Origin: Candidatus Latescibacterota bacterium
GTDB lineage: Bacteria > Latescibacterota > UBA2968 > UBA8231
Reading direction: 5' to 3'
Assembly: GCA_963422735.1 (NCBI GenBank)
Contig: OY730476.1
Location: forward strand, 2,976,001 to 3,040,000
Length of the DNA: 64,000 nucleotides
The notes under the pieces are model-generated. The model was not told where the DNA came from. It did no database searches and saw only the letters and a program-made list of their open reading frames with translations. The first letter of the stretch is position 1, and every line of letters starts with the position of its first letter. The translations under genes were made by a program, and so were the position numbers. This document shows, piece after piece, positions 51,304 to 59,805 of this stretch.

Positions 51304-52364
51304 TGCCACACATCAAACCCGACGACCTGCGCCAGATCGGCTACCTGCTTTTCGAGACAGCCGGCTGCCCTCCCGCAAGCGCCTGCGCCGTGACCGACCA
51401 CTTAGTCGAGTCATCTCTCTACGGGCACGATTCGCACGGCAGCCTGCGCCTCTACGAATACATCCAACAGATCCAAGACGGCATCTTTGATCCCAAAGGT
51501 CAGCCTTCTATTGTCAGCGAAAGACCCTGCACTGTGGTCGTCGATGGCGGCGGAACCATGGGCCAGATCGGCGGGACTTTCGCCACCCAGTTAGCCATTG
51601 ATAAGGCATCTCAGTACGGGGTCGCTACTGCCACCCTGCGCAACTGCGGGCACGTTGGCAGGGTGGGGGCCTATCCGCTCCAAGTCGCCCGCCAAGGCAT
51701 GATTGGTCTAGCCTTTTGCAACGCCGGCCACCTCGGGCGACAGATCGCTCCCTACGGTGGGATCGACGGCAAGCTCAGCACCAACCCCATATCCTGCGCC
51801 GCACCTCGGCGCAACGCCGACCCGCTCTTGGTGGATATGACCACCTCGGTCTGCGCCGAGGGCAAGGTCCGCGTCGCCCATAACCGCGGAGAACAGCTAC
51901 CCGAGGGCCGGATCATCGACCACGATGGCAACCCCTCTACCGATCCGCAGGCATTTATCGGCGATCCGCCCGGCGCAATCCTGCCTTTCGGCGGCCCGGT
52001 GGCCTACAAAGGGTACTGCCTGAGTATGATAGTAGAGATCCTAGGCGGGACCCTTAGCGGTCAAGGCTGTGCCAACGGCGAGACCGTCATGCAGAGCAAC
52101 GGGCTGCACTTGACGGTTTACGACATCGGGCATTTCGTCGAAATGGACTACTACTTCGACGAGCTTGAAAGCCTAATCCATCATGTATCCACCAGCCGCG
52201 TCGATCAGCACATCGGCGAGATACTGCTGCCCGGCGATCCCGAATATCGCACGGGACGCCAGCGCCAAGAAGAGGGAATTCCCATCGACGACACGACCTG
52301 GAGCCGTATTGTCGAGGCTGCGCGGACCCTCGGGCTGGACGACCCCCAAGCCCTTTCGCAATAA
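51303..52364 (+). CDS. Ldh_2 family (malate/L-lactate/L-sulfolactate) dehydrogenase
   Basis: GHDSHG, GHVGRVG, STNPIS, DMTTS..AEGK, PFGG..YKG, LPGDPE. Confidence 0.9.
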   Translation: MPHIKPDDLRQIGYLLFETAGCPPASACAVTDHLVESSLYGHDSHGSLRLYEYIQQIQDGIFDPKGQPSIVSERPCTVVVDGGGTMGQIGGTFATQLAIDKASQYGVATATLRNCGHVGRVGAYPLQVARQGMIGLAFCNAGHLGRQIAPYGGIDGKLSTNPISCAAPRRNADPLLVDMTTSVCAEGKVRVAHNRGEQLPEGRIIDHDGNPSTDPQAFIGDPPGAILPFGGPVAYKGYCLSMIVEILGGTLSGQGCANGETVMQSNGLHLTVYDIGHFVEMDYYFDELESLIHHVSTSRVDQHIGEILLPGDPEYRTGRQRQEEGIPIDDTTWSRIVEAARTLGLDDPQALSQ

Positions 52365-52371
52365 GGGCGAG

Positions 52372-52470
52372 TGGCGGGAACGTGTGGGAATCGAACCCAC
52401 CCAGCGCAACTCTCGCTACGCCGCAACGGATTTGAAGTCCGCGACAGCCACCAGGCACGCATCCGCTCCC
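52372..52470 (-). tRNA. selC: tRNA-Sec(UCA)
   Basis: 99 nt; GCGGA-CT-TCA-AA-TCCGT anticodon arm, long variable arm, GTGGG-TTCGATT-CCCAC, extended acceptor, G73-CCA. Confidence 0.93.
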
Positions 52471-52539
52471 GCAAAGTCTTTATCTGAGTACGCAGAAATA
52501 TAGAACGACTTCCCAATAGCACCAACGAGATCTACGGTA

Positions 52540-53469
52540 CTACTTTGTTCGCGCTGCTTCTGCCCGCGCCTCGCGCTCGACCCGCTCTGCCGCCTTGCGC
52601 TCGGCCACCTCGGCCTCCGTCGGCAAGCGCCGCGAGGGCATTTCTGGATACGCGAGAGGCAGTTCCCAGCGCAGGATCCGCAATGGAACATCGCCCAAGT
52701 TCTCGATCTGCAACTCGAGATAGTCGTCGTCGCGCCGAACAATCGGCGCCTTGTCGTCGCTCTTGCAATTGGGAAAGAAGACTCGGTAGTAGGTCTTGCC
52801 GTCGAGCACCTCTCCTTCGGGCCGGTCACTCTCGTAAGGATAGGAATCAAACGTCCCGCTGGGCTGGAAGCGCGCACCTCGCTGATCGACCAAGAAAGTG
52901 CGCGCACCGATATCGGCAATATATGGCTTGAGCTGAGACTCTCCGCTCGACAGGTAAACGGTAAAGACCAGACGACTGTAGAGAGTCAAGCCCCAACGGT
53001 CGTCGTACTGGTTGCGGAGGATGGGAAACTTGGGGTCGTAGATGGCATCGACAACCCGGCGTATGTATTCGGCCCTCCAGATGTTGAAGGCGCGTTTTTG
53101 CAGGGGATTGAGCACATCGAAGGACGGATTTACGTAGATAAGATACTGAAAGTAGAGGCTGTTGATGTCCGTGCCGTCTTCAGCCGGGTAGGTGCCATCG
53201 ACGTAGGAGTAGAGCAACTGCTTGATGCGGTATTCGAGCTGCTCCTGCCCCAAGCCTTCGCGCTCAGCACGCGCATAGGCGCGGGCGATCTCATAGGCGA
53301 AGGTGTGCAAGGCAGCCTGCACCAAGACGCCATCAGCACCCCGGTGGCCTCTGTTTACGGTGCGCCATACTTCCTGCCCGACGCGCGTGAAGGGGCCTTC
53401 CGAAAGTTCCGGGCCGCAGCCGGTGGCCGCCGCACACATCCAGCAAAGGAACAAGACCCGGCTTGGCAT
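52540..53469 (-). CDS. Hypothetical lipoprotein
   Basis: GGAGG RBS; signal peptide ending ATGC; follows rplI. Confidence 0.7.
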   Translation of the reverse strand: MPSRVLFLCWMCAAATGCGPELSEGPFTRVGQEVWRTVNRGHRGADGVLVQAALHTFAYEIARAYARAEREGLGQEQLEYRIKQLLYSYVDGTYPAEDGTDINSLYFQYLIYVNPSFDVLNPLQKRAFNIWRAEYIRRVVDAIYDPKFPILRNQYDDRWGLTLYSRLVFTVYLSSGESQLKPYIADIGARTFLVDQRGARFQPSGTFDSYPYESDRPEGEVLDGKTYYRVFFPNCKSDDKAPIVRRDDDYLELQIENLGDVPLRILRWELPLAYPEMPSRRLPTEAEVAERKAAERVEREARAEAARTK

Positions 53470-53508
53470 GAATTACCTCCGTTGAGGAGGGAGGGCACCT
53501 AGGGTCGG

Positions 53509-53952
53509 CTATTCCTTGACGACCCAGAGCTTGACCGCTGCTGCTACCTCCGGGTGGAGGCGCACTTCGACGTTGTAAACACCCAATTCGCGTATGGGAT
53601 CTTCAAGATGGATGACGCGGCGATCGATCTCGTAGCCCTTTTCATCGAGCAATTCGGCGATATTCTGGGTGGTTACCGAACCAAAGAGACGATCCTCCTC
53701 GCCGACTTTGACCTGCGCGGTGATAGACTCCGTTTCCAGCTTCTTGGCGAGGGCCTCAGCGGCGCGCCGATCGCGCTCGGCCAGGGTCTCTTGCTGTTTG
53801 CGCCTAGACTCGAACTGGGCCATGTTGGCGGCCGTGGCGACCAATGCCTCGCTGCGCGGAATCAGGAAGTTGCGACCATACCCGTTCTTTACCTGCACGA
53901 CCTCACCGGCCAAGCCTAAGGCCTCAATATCCTTTAACAGAATTACTTTCAC
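53509..53952 (-). CDS. rplI: 50S ribosomal protein L9
   Basis: MKVILLKDI..LG..G.VV.VKNGYGRNFLIP, RLFGSVT. Confidence 0.98.
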   Translation of the reverse strand: MKVILLKDIEALGLAGEVVQVKNGYGRNFLIPRSEALVATAANMAQFESRRKQQETLAERDRRAAEALAKKLETESITAQVKVGEEDRLFGSVTTQNIAELLDEKGYEIDRRVIHLEDPIRELGVYNVEVRLHPEVAAAVKLWVVKE

Positions 53953-53998
53953 GATTTGACCTCCACTGCTATAGAAAATGGCGATGTTGGTTGGGCCT

Positions 53999-54811
53999 CT
54001 ACGTTTCCTCCTCTGTGGGGGTTGGGCGCAGCCGACGCCAATCGAACCAAGTATCCAAAATCCCCAATCCAGCCAAAAGCAGAAACGCTAACCCTGCGAC
54101 GAAAAAAAGCCCTACGTAAAACAATAGCTCGACCAAAAGCGGCACTCTTTGGCGCTGGGCGAAAAAGCGCAGCACCGCCAATCCTTGGACCCCGTAGATA
54201 ATCCCCATCAACACGATCAGGTTGAGGCCCAAATCGGCCAACAGCCCATCGCCCAAAAGACTTAGGCCCAAGGCCGCGATCAATATCCAGATCAGTTCTT
54301 CCCAAGGCCGCCACAAAGGCAGCGGCAGAGGAGCAGGCAGCGACAACCCCAGCCGCAAAGCCAAGCCTTGGCTCAACCGATACGCTAAGACAAAAGTCAA
54401 AAGCAGGGTCGCCATCTCGATAGCCGGCTGCACCCGCAAGACCGCGTTGATCATCGCGCTTAGCGTCTGGCTGCCTTCCTCAACAGCTATCCCCAAGGCT
54501 TGGAACTGCTCTAGAATGGCGGCGGCCTGCTCTTGGCGATGTACGCCATCGCGCACATCAATTAGCTGCCAAAAACACAAGCCCGCCGGCGGCGTACAAG
54601 CTATGGCCATGATGCGACCATAGGTCTGCCGACGCTCTATTTGCAAAACGGCGAGCAACCCCATGATGGGCACTAGCCCCAACGTGGCCCCTAGCAGTAA
54701 GGCGGTGCCCAAGCACAGCAGGCCGATCAAGGGTAAGGCACCACGCGAGCCGTAGCGCAGACTGGCCAAGAGCGAAGTGGCCGCCAGCGCTATGCCCAGC
54801 AGAATCAGCAT
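53999..54811 (-). CDS. DUF2232/YybS family membrane protein
   Basis: Multi-TM; W....IWILI, NL....YGVQGLAV, GILDTWFDWRR; typical position upstream of rplI. Confidence 0.85.
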   Translation of the reverse strand: MLILLGIALAATSLLASLRYGSRGALPLIGLLCLGTALLLGATLGLVPIMGLLAVLQIERRQTYGRIMAIACTPPAGLCFWQLIDVRDGVHRQEQAAAILEQFQALGIAVEEGSQTLSAMINAVLRVQPAIEMATLLLTFVLAYRLSQGLALRLGLSLPAPLPLPLWRPWEELIWILIAALGLSLLGDGLLADLGLNLIVLMGIIYGVQGLAVLRFFAQRQRVPLLVELLFYVGLFFVAGLAFLLLAGLGILDTWFDWRRLRPTPTEEET

Positions 54812-54826
54812 CGGCGCACGCCGGCT

Positions 54827-55342
54827 CTAAGAGTCGTTGGACTCTTGGACGACAGCTTCTCCTTGTGAATCCTCTACTTCCTCATTAGGTGCCTCGTTTT
54901 TAGAGGAAACACCGTGGGCCTCGTCGCGGTCCCTCGGGCCACGATAGTTGCGGTGCGGGCCGCCTCGGTCTCTTGGGCCGCGGGCGGGTCGGGCAAAGGC
55001 TTCTTCAAGGAAGTTGTCGGGGGCTAGTTGGGGCACGTGGATAAACTCGCCTTCAACAGCGGTGACGAGATAGCGCAGCACCGTTTCGTCGAGTTTGAGC
55101 GTCTGCTCCAGCCCTTCGATCGCCGTCGGCTCGGCGGAAAACTGGTAGAGCACGTAATAGCCTTGGTGCCGATTCTTTAGGCTAGCCGAGGTATAGGCCA
55201 GACGCCGCAGGCCCCAGTTGTCAATCCGGACGACTTGCCCGCTATTTTCATCGAGATGTGCCTCGTATTTTTCGACGACTTGCTCATATTGGCCCTCGCC
55301 GACTTGGGGATCCAAGATACATACGAGTTCGTAGTTTCTCAT
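54827..55342 (-). CDS. rpsF: 30S ribosomal protein S6 with long C-terminal tail
   Basis: MRNYELVCILDP, WGLRRLAY, GYYVL, VLRYL. Confidence 0.96.
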   Translation of the reverse strand: MRNYELVCILDPQVGEGQYEQVVEKYEAHLDENSGQVVRIDNWGLRRLAYTSASLKNRHQGYYVLYQFSAEPTAIEGLEQTLKLDETVLRYLVTAVEGEFIHVPQLAPDNFLEEAFARPARGPRDRGGPHRNYRGPRDRDEAHGVSSKNEAPNEEVEDSQGEAVVQESNDS

Positions 55343-55381
55343 TGTATTGCGCTTTCTTGGTTCTAGTCTGAGGCACATCCC

Positions 55382-57433
55382 TCAGACGACAAAAAGCGGT
55401 GCCAGGACAAGAGATATCACCGACATCAGCTTGATGAGTATGTTCAGAGACGGCCCCGACGTGTCCTTGAACGGATCGCCGACCGTATCGCCGACAACAG
55501 CGGCTTTGTGAGGGTCAGAGCCCTTGCCCCCTAAGTGGCCCTCTTCGATCCACTTTTTGGCGTTGTCCCAAGCGCCGCCGCTATTGGCCATCATTAGCGC
55601 CAGCAGTACGCCACTGACCATCGCCCCGGCGAGCATTCCGCCTAAGGCGATGGGGCCAAGACCAAAACCAACAGCGACCGGAGCCAACACCGCTAAGAGG
55701 CCCGGTAAAATCATCTCGCGCAACGCCGCCGTCGTGCTGATCTCCACGCAGCGCCGGGTATCCGGCTTGGCCTTGCCCTCCATTAGCCCCTCAATCCCGC
55801 GGAATTGACGCCGGACCTCTTCGACCATCTTGAAGGCGGCCTTGCCGACCGAAGTCATGGTGATGGCAGCAGCTAAATAAGGAATGAGCCCACCAATGAA
55901 AAGCCCACCGACTACGATCGGCGTAGTCACGTCAATTACTACCGGCTCACCCGTTTCGGCTTCAATGGCCGAAGAATACGCAGAGAAAAGCGCCAATGCC
56001 GTCAACGCCGCCGAACCAATGGCAAAACCCTTGCCCATGGCGGCGGTAGTGTTGCCGAGTGAATCGAGACCATCGGTGATCTTGCGAGTGTCTTCGCCCA
56101 AGCCCGCCATTTCGGTAATGCCGCCGGCGTTGTCGGCTATGGGACCATAGGCGTCAACCGACATGGTTATTCCCACTGTGGCCAGCATGCCCACGGCGGC
56201 GATGCCTATCCCAAAAAGCCCGGCAAAGTGGAAGGCCAAGCCAATGGCGACGACGATCCCCAAGGTCGGCAGAGCGACGCTTTCCATGCCCACGGCCAGA
56301 CCTGAGATGATATTGGTCGCCGAGCCGGTCTTGGACGCTTCGGCGATGGTGCGGATGGGTTTGCCACCTGTGTAGTACTCCGTGAGAAGGCCGATGACAA
56401 CTCCGGCCAAACAGCCCGCGCACAGAGCCCACACTGGCTGATTGGACAAGCCGATCGTCCCGGCGGCCCACCAAGCCCCCAAAAGCATCAGCGCAGCAGA
56501 GACCCACGTCGAATACCGCAGTGCAGCACCCGGGTCGGCATTCTGCAAGACCCGCACCATCAACACGCCCAAGAGCGAGGCAACCATGCCAACCGTGATG
56601 ACGATCAGCGGAAAGCTCATAGACGCGAGCCTAGCTTGGTTTGGGTCGGAGACTCCGGGGGCTAAGACGCCGATCGTGGAAGCGGACGCTGTCGCGGCAA
56701 TGGCAATGGTGGCAATGACCGAGCCGACATACGATTCAAAAATGTCGGCCCCCATACCAGCCACATCGCCGACATTGTCGCCGACATTGTCAGCGATGAC
56801 GGCCGGGTTGCGCGGATCATCTTCCGGAATACCGGCCTCCACCTTGCCCACCAAGTCGGCACCAACATCGGCGGACTTCGTGAAAATGCCGCCGCCAACA
56901 CGCGCGAAGAGAGCGATCGAAGAGGCACCCATGGCAAAGCCGTTAATGGTAGCGGCCTCGCTCAAATTGCTCCAGATGTCAAAGGCACTCGCCAGCGTCC
57001 CGACACCGAAAAGCCCCAAGCCGGCGACCGCGAGCCCCATCACTGCACCTCCCGAAAAGGCGACATTCAACGCTGGCCCCTGGCCGTGCTGATTGGCGGC
57101 TTGGGCAGTGCGCACGTTGGCGTGACAGGCGGCCTTCATGCCAGTATAGCCGGCCAAGATCGAACAAACGGCACCCGACAGAAACGCGTACGCCGTGTTG
57201 GCACTAACAAACGCGAAAAGCAAGACGAAGACGATAAATATAAAACCGGCGAGAAGGATGTATTCGCGTTTGAGAAAGGCCATAGCCCCTTCGTGGATGG
57301 CCTCGGAGATCTCTACCATTTTTTGGCTGCCGGTCGGCGACTTTTTGATATATAAGTACAACAAGAGCGAACAGACCATGCCGCCCAAGCCCACAAATGG
57401 TGCTGCTGTTATCCAACTTTTCAAGATTTCCAT
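55382..57433 (-). CDS. hppA: Membrane ion-translocating pyrophosphatase (K+-dependent type, probably Na+-pumping)
   Basis: [36 protein letters not shown] (Ala = K+-dependent), [14 protein letters not shown]. Confidence 0.96.
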   Translation of the reverse strand: MEILKSWITAAPFVGLGGMVCSLLLYLYIKKSPTGSQKMVEISEAIHEGAMAFLKREYILLAGFIFIVFVLLFAFVSANTAYAFLSGAVCSILAGYTGMKAACHANVRTAQAANQHGQGPALNVAFSGGAVMGLAVAGLGLFGVGTLASAFDIWSNLSEAATINGFAMGASSIALFARVGGGIFTKSADVGADLVGKVEAGIPEDDPRNPAVIADNVGDNVGDVAGMGADIFESYVGSVIATIAIAATASASTIGVLAPGVSDPNQARLASMSFPLIVITVGMVASLLGVLMVRVLQNADPGAALRYSTWVSAALMLLGAWWAAGTIGLSNQPVWALCAGCLAGVVIGLLTEYYTGGKPIRTIAEASKTGSATNIISGLAVGMESVALPTLGIVVAIGLAFHFAGLFGIGIAAVGMLATVGITMSVDAYGPIADNAGGITEMAGLGEDTRKITDGLDSLGNTTAAMGKGFAIGSAALTALALFSAYSSAIEAETGEPVVIDVTTPIVVGGLFIGGLIPYLAAAITMTSVGKAAFKMVEEVRRQFRGIEGLMEGKAKPDTRRCVEISTTAALREMILPGLLAVLAPVAVGFGLGPIALGGMLAGAMVSGVLLALMMANSGGAWDNAKKWIEEGHLGGKGSDPHKAAVVGDTVGDPFKDTSGPSLNILIKLMSVISLVLAPLFVV

Positions 57434-57465
57434 GTACGCCTAACCCTCCCTCGGCTACTTTACTT

Positions 57466-58023
57466 TTAACCGTTGAACCTGTTCATGGCCGCCTCAATGC
57501 CTTCGGCGTAGTACACTTCGAGCGCCGCATTCCCTCGCTCAATCAAGTTTTCTACATCGTCTTCTGGGGAAAACGGATCTAGTACGTAGTTAATGATGTC
57601 AGCGCCTGCGGGTGGGGTACCAATTCCTAGGCGCAGGCGCGGTACAGCCTCCGTGTTGAGCGCTTCGAGTACCGAAGCCAAACCGTTGTGCCCGCCATCA
57701 CTCCCTCCACGGCGAAAGCGCAGGCGTCCGAAGTCAAGGAGGAAGTCGTCGAAGATGACCAGTACGTCCTCGGGAAGCACTTCCCATTGGGCGCAAAGGG
57801 CCGCGGCGGTCCGGCCGCTGTGGTTCATATAGGTCTGGGGCTTGGCCAAGAGTACTTCCCGACCGCCCAGCACTACTCGGCCAACTTGGCCCTGTACATC
57901 CGCTTGATGCTGCCAGTCAACACCACAGTGGGCCGCTAGGTGGTCTACCACCATAACGCCTATGTTATGCCGTGTCGAGGCGTAGCGCACACTGGGATTA
58001 CCCAAACCCAAGGCTATTTGCAA
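57466..58023 (-). CDS. pth: Peptidyl-tRNA hydrolase
   Basis: GLGNP..Y..TRHNIG, KPQTYMN.SG, GGHNGL.S, RLRLGIG. Confidence 0.97.
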   Translation of the reverse strand: MQIALGLGNPSVRYASTRHNIGVMVVDHLAAHCGVDWQHQADVQGQVGRVVLGGREVLLAKPQTYMNHSGRTAAALCAQWEVLPEDVLVIFDDFLLDFGRLRFRRGGSDGGHNGLASVLEALNTEAVPRLRLGIGTPPAGADIINYVLDPFSPEDDVENLIERGNAALEVYYAEGIEAAMNRFNG

Positions 58024-58025
58024 AC

Positions 58026-58715
58026 CTATTCTTCGCCACCCTCGCCGCCTTCGCCGCCTTCGACTGCCTCTCCTTCACCTTCGGGAACTTCGGCATCCTC
58101 GGCTTCTTCCTCAGCAGCAATCAAGCGCGGAGCCAAGATATTGACAATCGTGCGAGCCGGGTCGGTGGTAATGCGCGGCTCTTGTTCGACGAGATCGCTC
58201 ACGTGCAAGCTATCGCCGATGACCAGCGAAGAGATGTCGATCACCATCGCGGAAGGCATTTCCGAGACGACGCATTCCATTTCGATTGAGGTCAGCGTCT
58301 GCTGCAAGGCCCCGCCCTCGTTGCGGACCCCTTCGGGTACCCCTTCAGCCAGGAGCGGTACATTGGCGCGCAACGTCTCGCCCGGATCAATGCGCAAGAG
58401 GTCTAAGTGCAGCACATCGCCGCGGACCTTGTGGTATTGGATGTCGCGGACCAGGGCCTGCTCAGGGACTTTATTGGGATCTTCGTGCTCAACCAATATA
58501 ATCGCGTTTTGTCCGCCCTTGCTCAGGATGCGCTCCAAGACATGGGCATCCGTCTTGAAGGACTCTGAGGGCTGATTGTGGCCGTAGATCACTCCGGGCA
58601 ACTGGCCTCGTAGGCGACGCATCTGGCCCACCGGGCCCTTGCCCTGCTCTTGGCGAGACTGGACTTTGAGCGCGACCTGCTCGCGCGCTTGGATCTGTAG
58701 TGGAACTTGCGGCAT
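58026..58715 (-). CDS. rplY: 50S ribosomal protein L25/Ctc
   Basis: PGVIYG, DIQYH, LHLDL, EGVRNEGG, IGDSLHVSDL, acidic tail. Confidence 0.96.
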   Translation of the reverse strand: MPQVPLQIQAREQVALKVQSRQEQGKGPVGQMRRLRGQLPGVIYGHNQPSESFKTDAHVLERILSKGGQNAIILVEHEDPNKVPEQALVRDIQYHKVRGDVLHLDLLRIDPGETLRANVPLLAEGVPEGVRNEGGALQQTLTSIEMECVVSEMPSAMVIDISSLVIGDSLHVSDLVEQEPRITTDPARTIVNILAPRLIAAEEEAEDAEVPEGEGEAVEGGEGGEGGEE

Positions 58716-58759
58716 CGGAACATCTCCTCAAAAGACTCAATCAAATATCAATAGCATAA

Positions 58760-58834
58760 TGGCAGCCCGGCGAGGACTCGAACCTCGATAAACGGAACCA
58801 AAATCCGTTGTCCTACCAATTGAACGACCGGGCT
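58760..58834 (-). tRNA. tRNA-Gln(UUG)
   Basis: AGCCCGG/CCGGGCT acceptor, ACGGA-TT-TTG-GT-TCCGT, GGTTCGAGTCC, CCA; canonical position after ispE. Confidence 0.96.
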
Positions 58835-58864
58835 ACCTATCTCTATGCCTCACACCACCCTGAG

Positions 58865-59722
58865 TTAGACCGGCTGACATAAAAAAGACCGGCAACCTTG
58901 CCTTTGCAGTGCGCTCTGCGCCTGAGAGGCGGTCGGCCGGTCGTCGAAGATACCGTAAACAGTGGAGCCGCTGCCCGACATTGACGTGGCGCGAGCACCA
59001 ACTCGGTCCAGTTGAGAACGAAGTTCTGCGACGATGGGATAGGTGCGATCTACCTCGGGCGTGAAGTCGTTCTCCAGCACTTCAAATAACCTGTCGTGGT
59101 CAACGCACCCGCCGCTCAGGGAAGCAATAAAGTTAAAATAGGGAGTATTTTCTGTCAAGATGGGGCCAAGTTGGTCATAAGCCCACGCCGTGCCGATCTC
59201 AATCTCGGGGTACGCTAGTACGTAAAAGACCGCGCCCTCCCAGCTCAGATCTTCAAGTATCTCGCCCCGGCCTCTCAGTATAGCGGTGCCGCCTTTCACT
59301 AGAAAGGGAATATCCGAGCCAAGAGTGGCGGCAATCTGGCGGAGGTCTGCGTTCGAGAATGGCTGGTTGTAGAAGCGATTGAGTGCTCGCAGGGCCGCTG
59401 CCGCATCGGCACTACCCCCGCCTAGGCCCGCGCCTATGGGTATGTTCTTTTTTAGGTGGATGTGGAACGACTGAGCCGGGCGGTCAAGCTGAGCGCGAAA
59501 GGCATTAACTGCGCGGCAGACCAAATTGTCCGGCTCCGTCGATAGGCTATCGAGGCTACAGGTCAACTGGTCGGAGGAAGCCGACTCAAAGTATAAGACG
59601 TCCGCTAAATCTACGCATTGGGCCACGCTGAGGATCTCGTGGTAGCCATCAGGGCGACGACCGAGAGCCTTAAGCCCCAAGTTTATTTTTGCATATGCTT
59701 TTTCGACCAGCAGACCCTCCAT
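58865..59722 (-). CDS. ispE: 4-(cytidine 5'-diphospho)-2-C-methyl-D-erythritol kinase
   Basis: AYAKINLGL, RPDGYHE, KNIPIGAGLGGGSADAA, LGSDIPF, MSGSGSTV. Confidence 0.97.
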   Translation of the reverse strand: MEGLLVEKAYAKINLGLKALGRRPDGYHEILSVAQCVDLADVLYFESASSDQLTCSLDSLSTEPDNLVCRAVNAFRAQLDRPAQSFHIHLKKNIPIGAGLGGGSADAAAALRALNRFYNQPFSNADLRQIAATLGSDIPFLVKGGTAILRGRGEILEDLSWEGAVFYVLAYPEIEIGTAWAYDQLGPILTENTPYFNFIASLSGGCVDHDRLFEVLENDFTPEVDRTYPIVAELRSQLDRVGARATSMSGSGSTVYGIFDDRPTASQAQSALQRQGCRSFLCQPV

Positions 59723-59805
59723 TGCTGCATACCTTGACTGCATTTTACTATACAATATTTTATATATTAATCAACTGTCAGATTGGCATCCTCTTGAGAA
59801 TGGTT

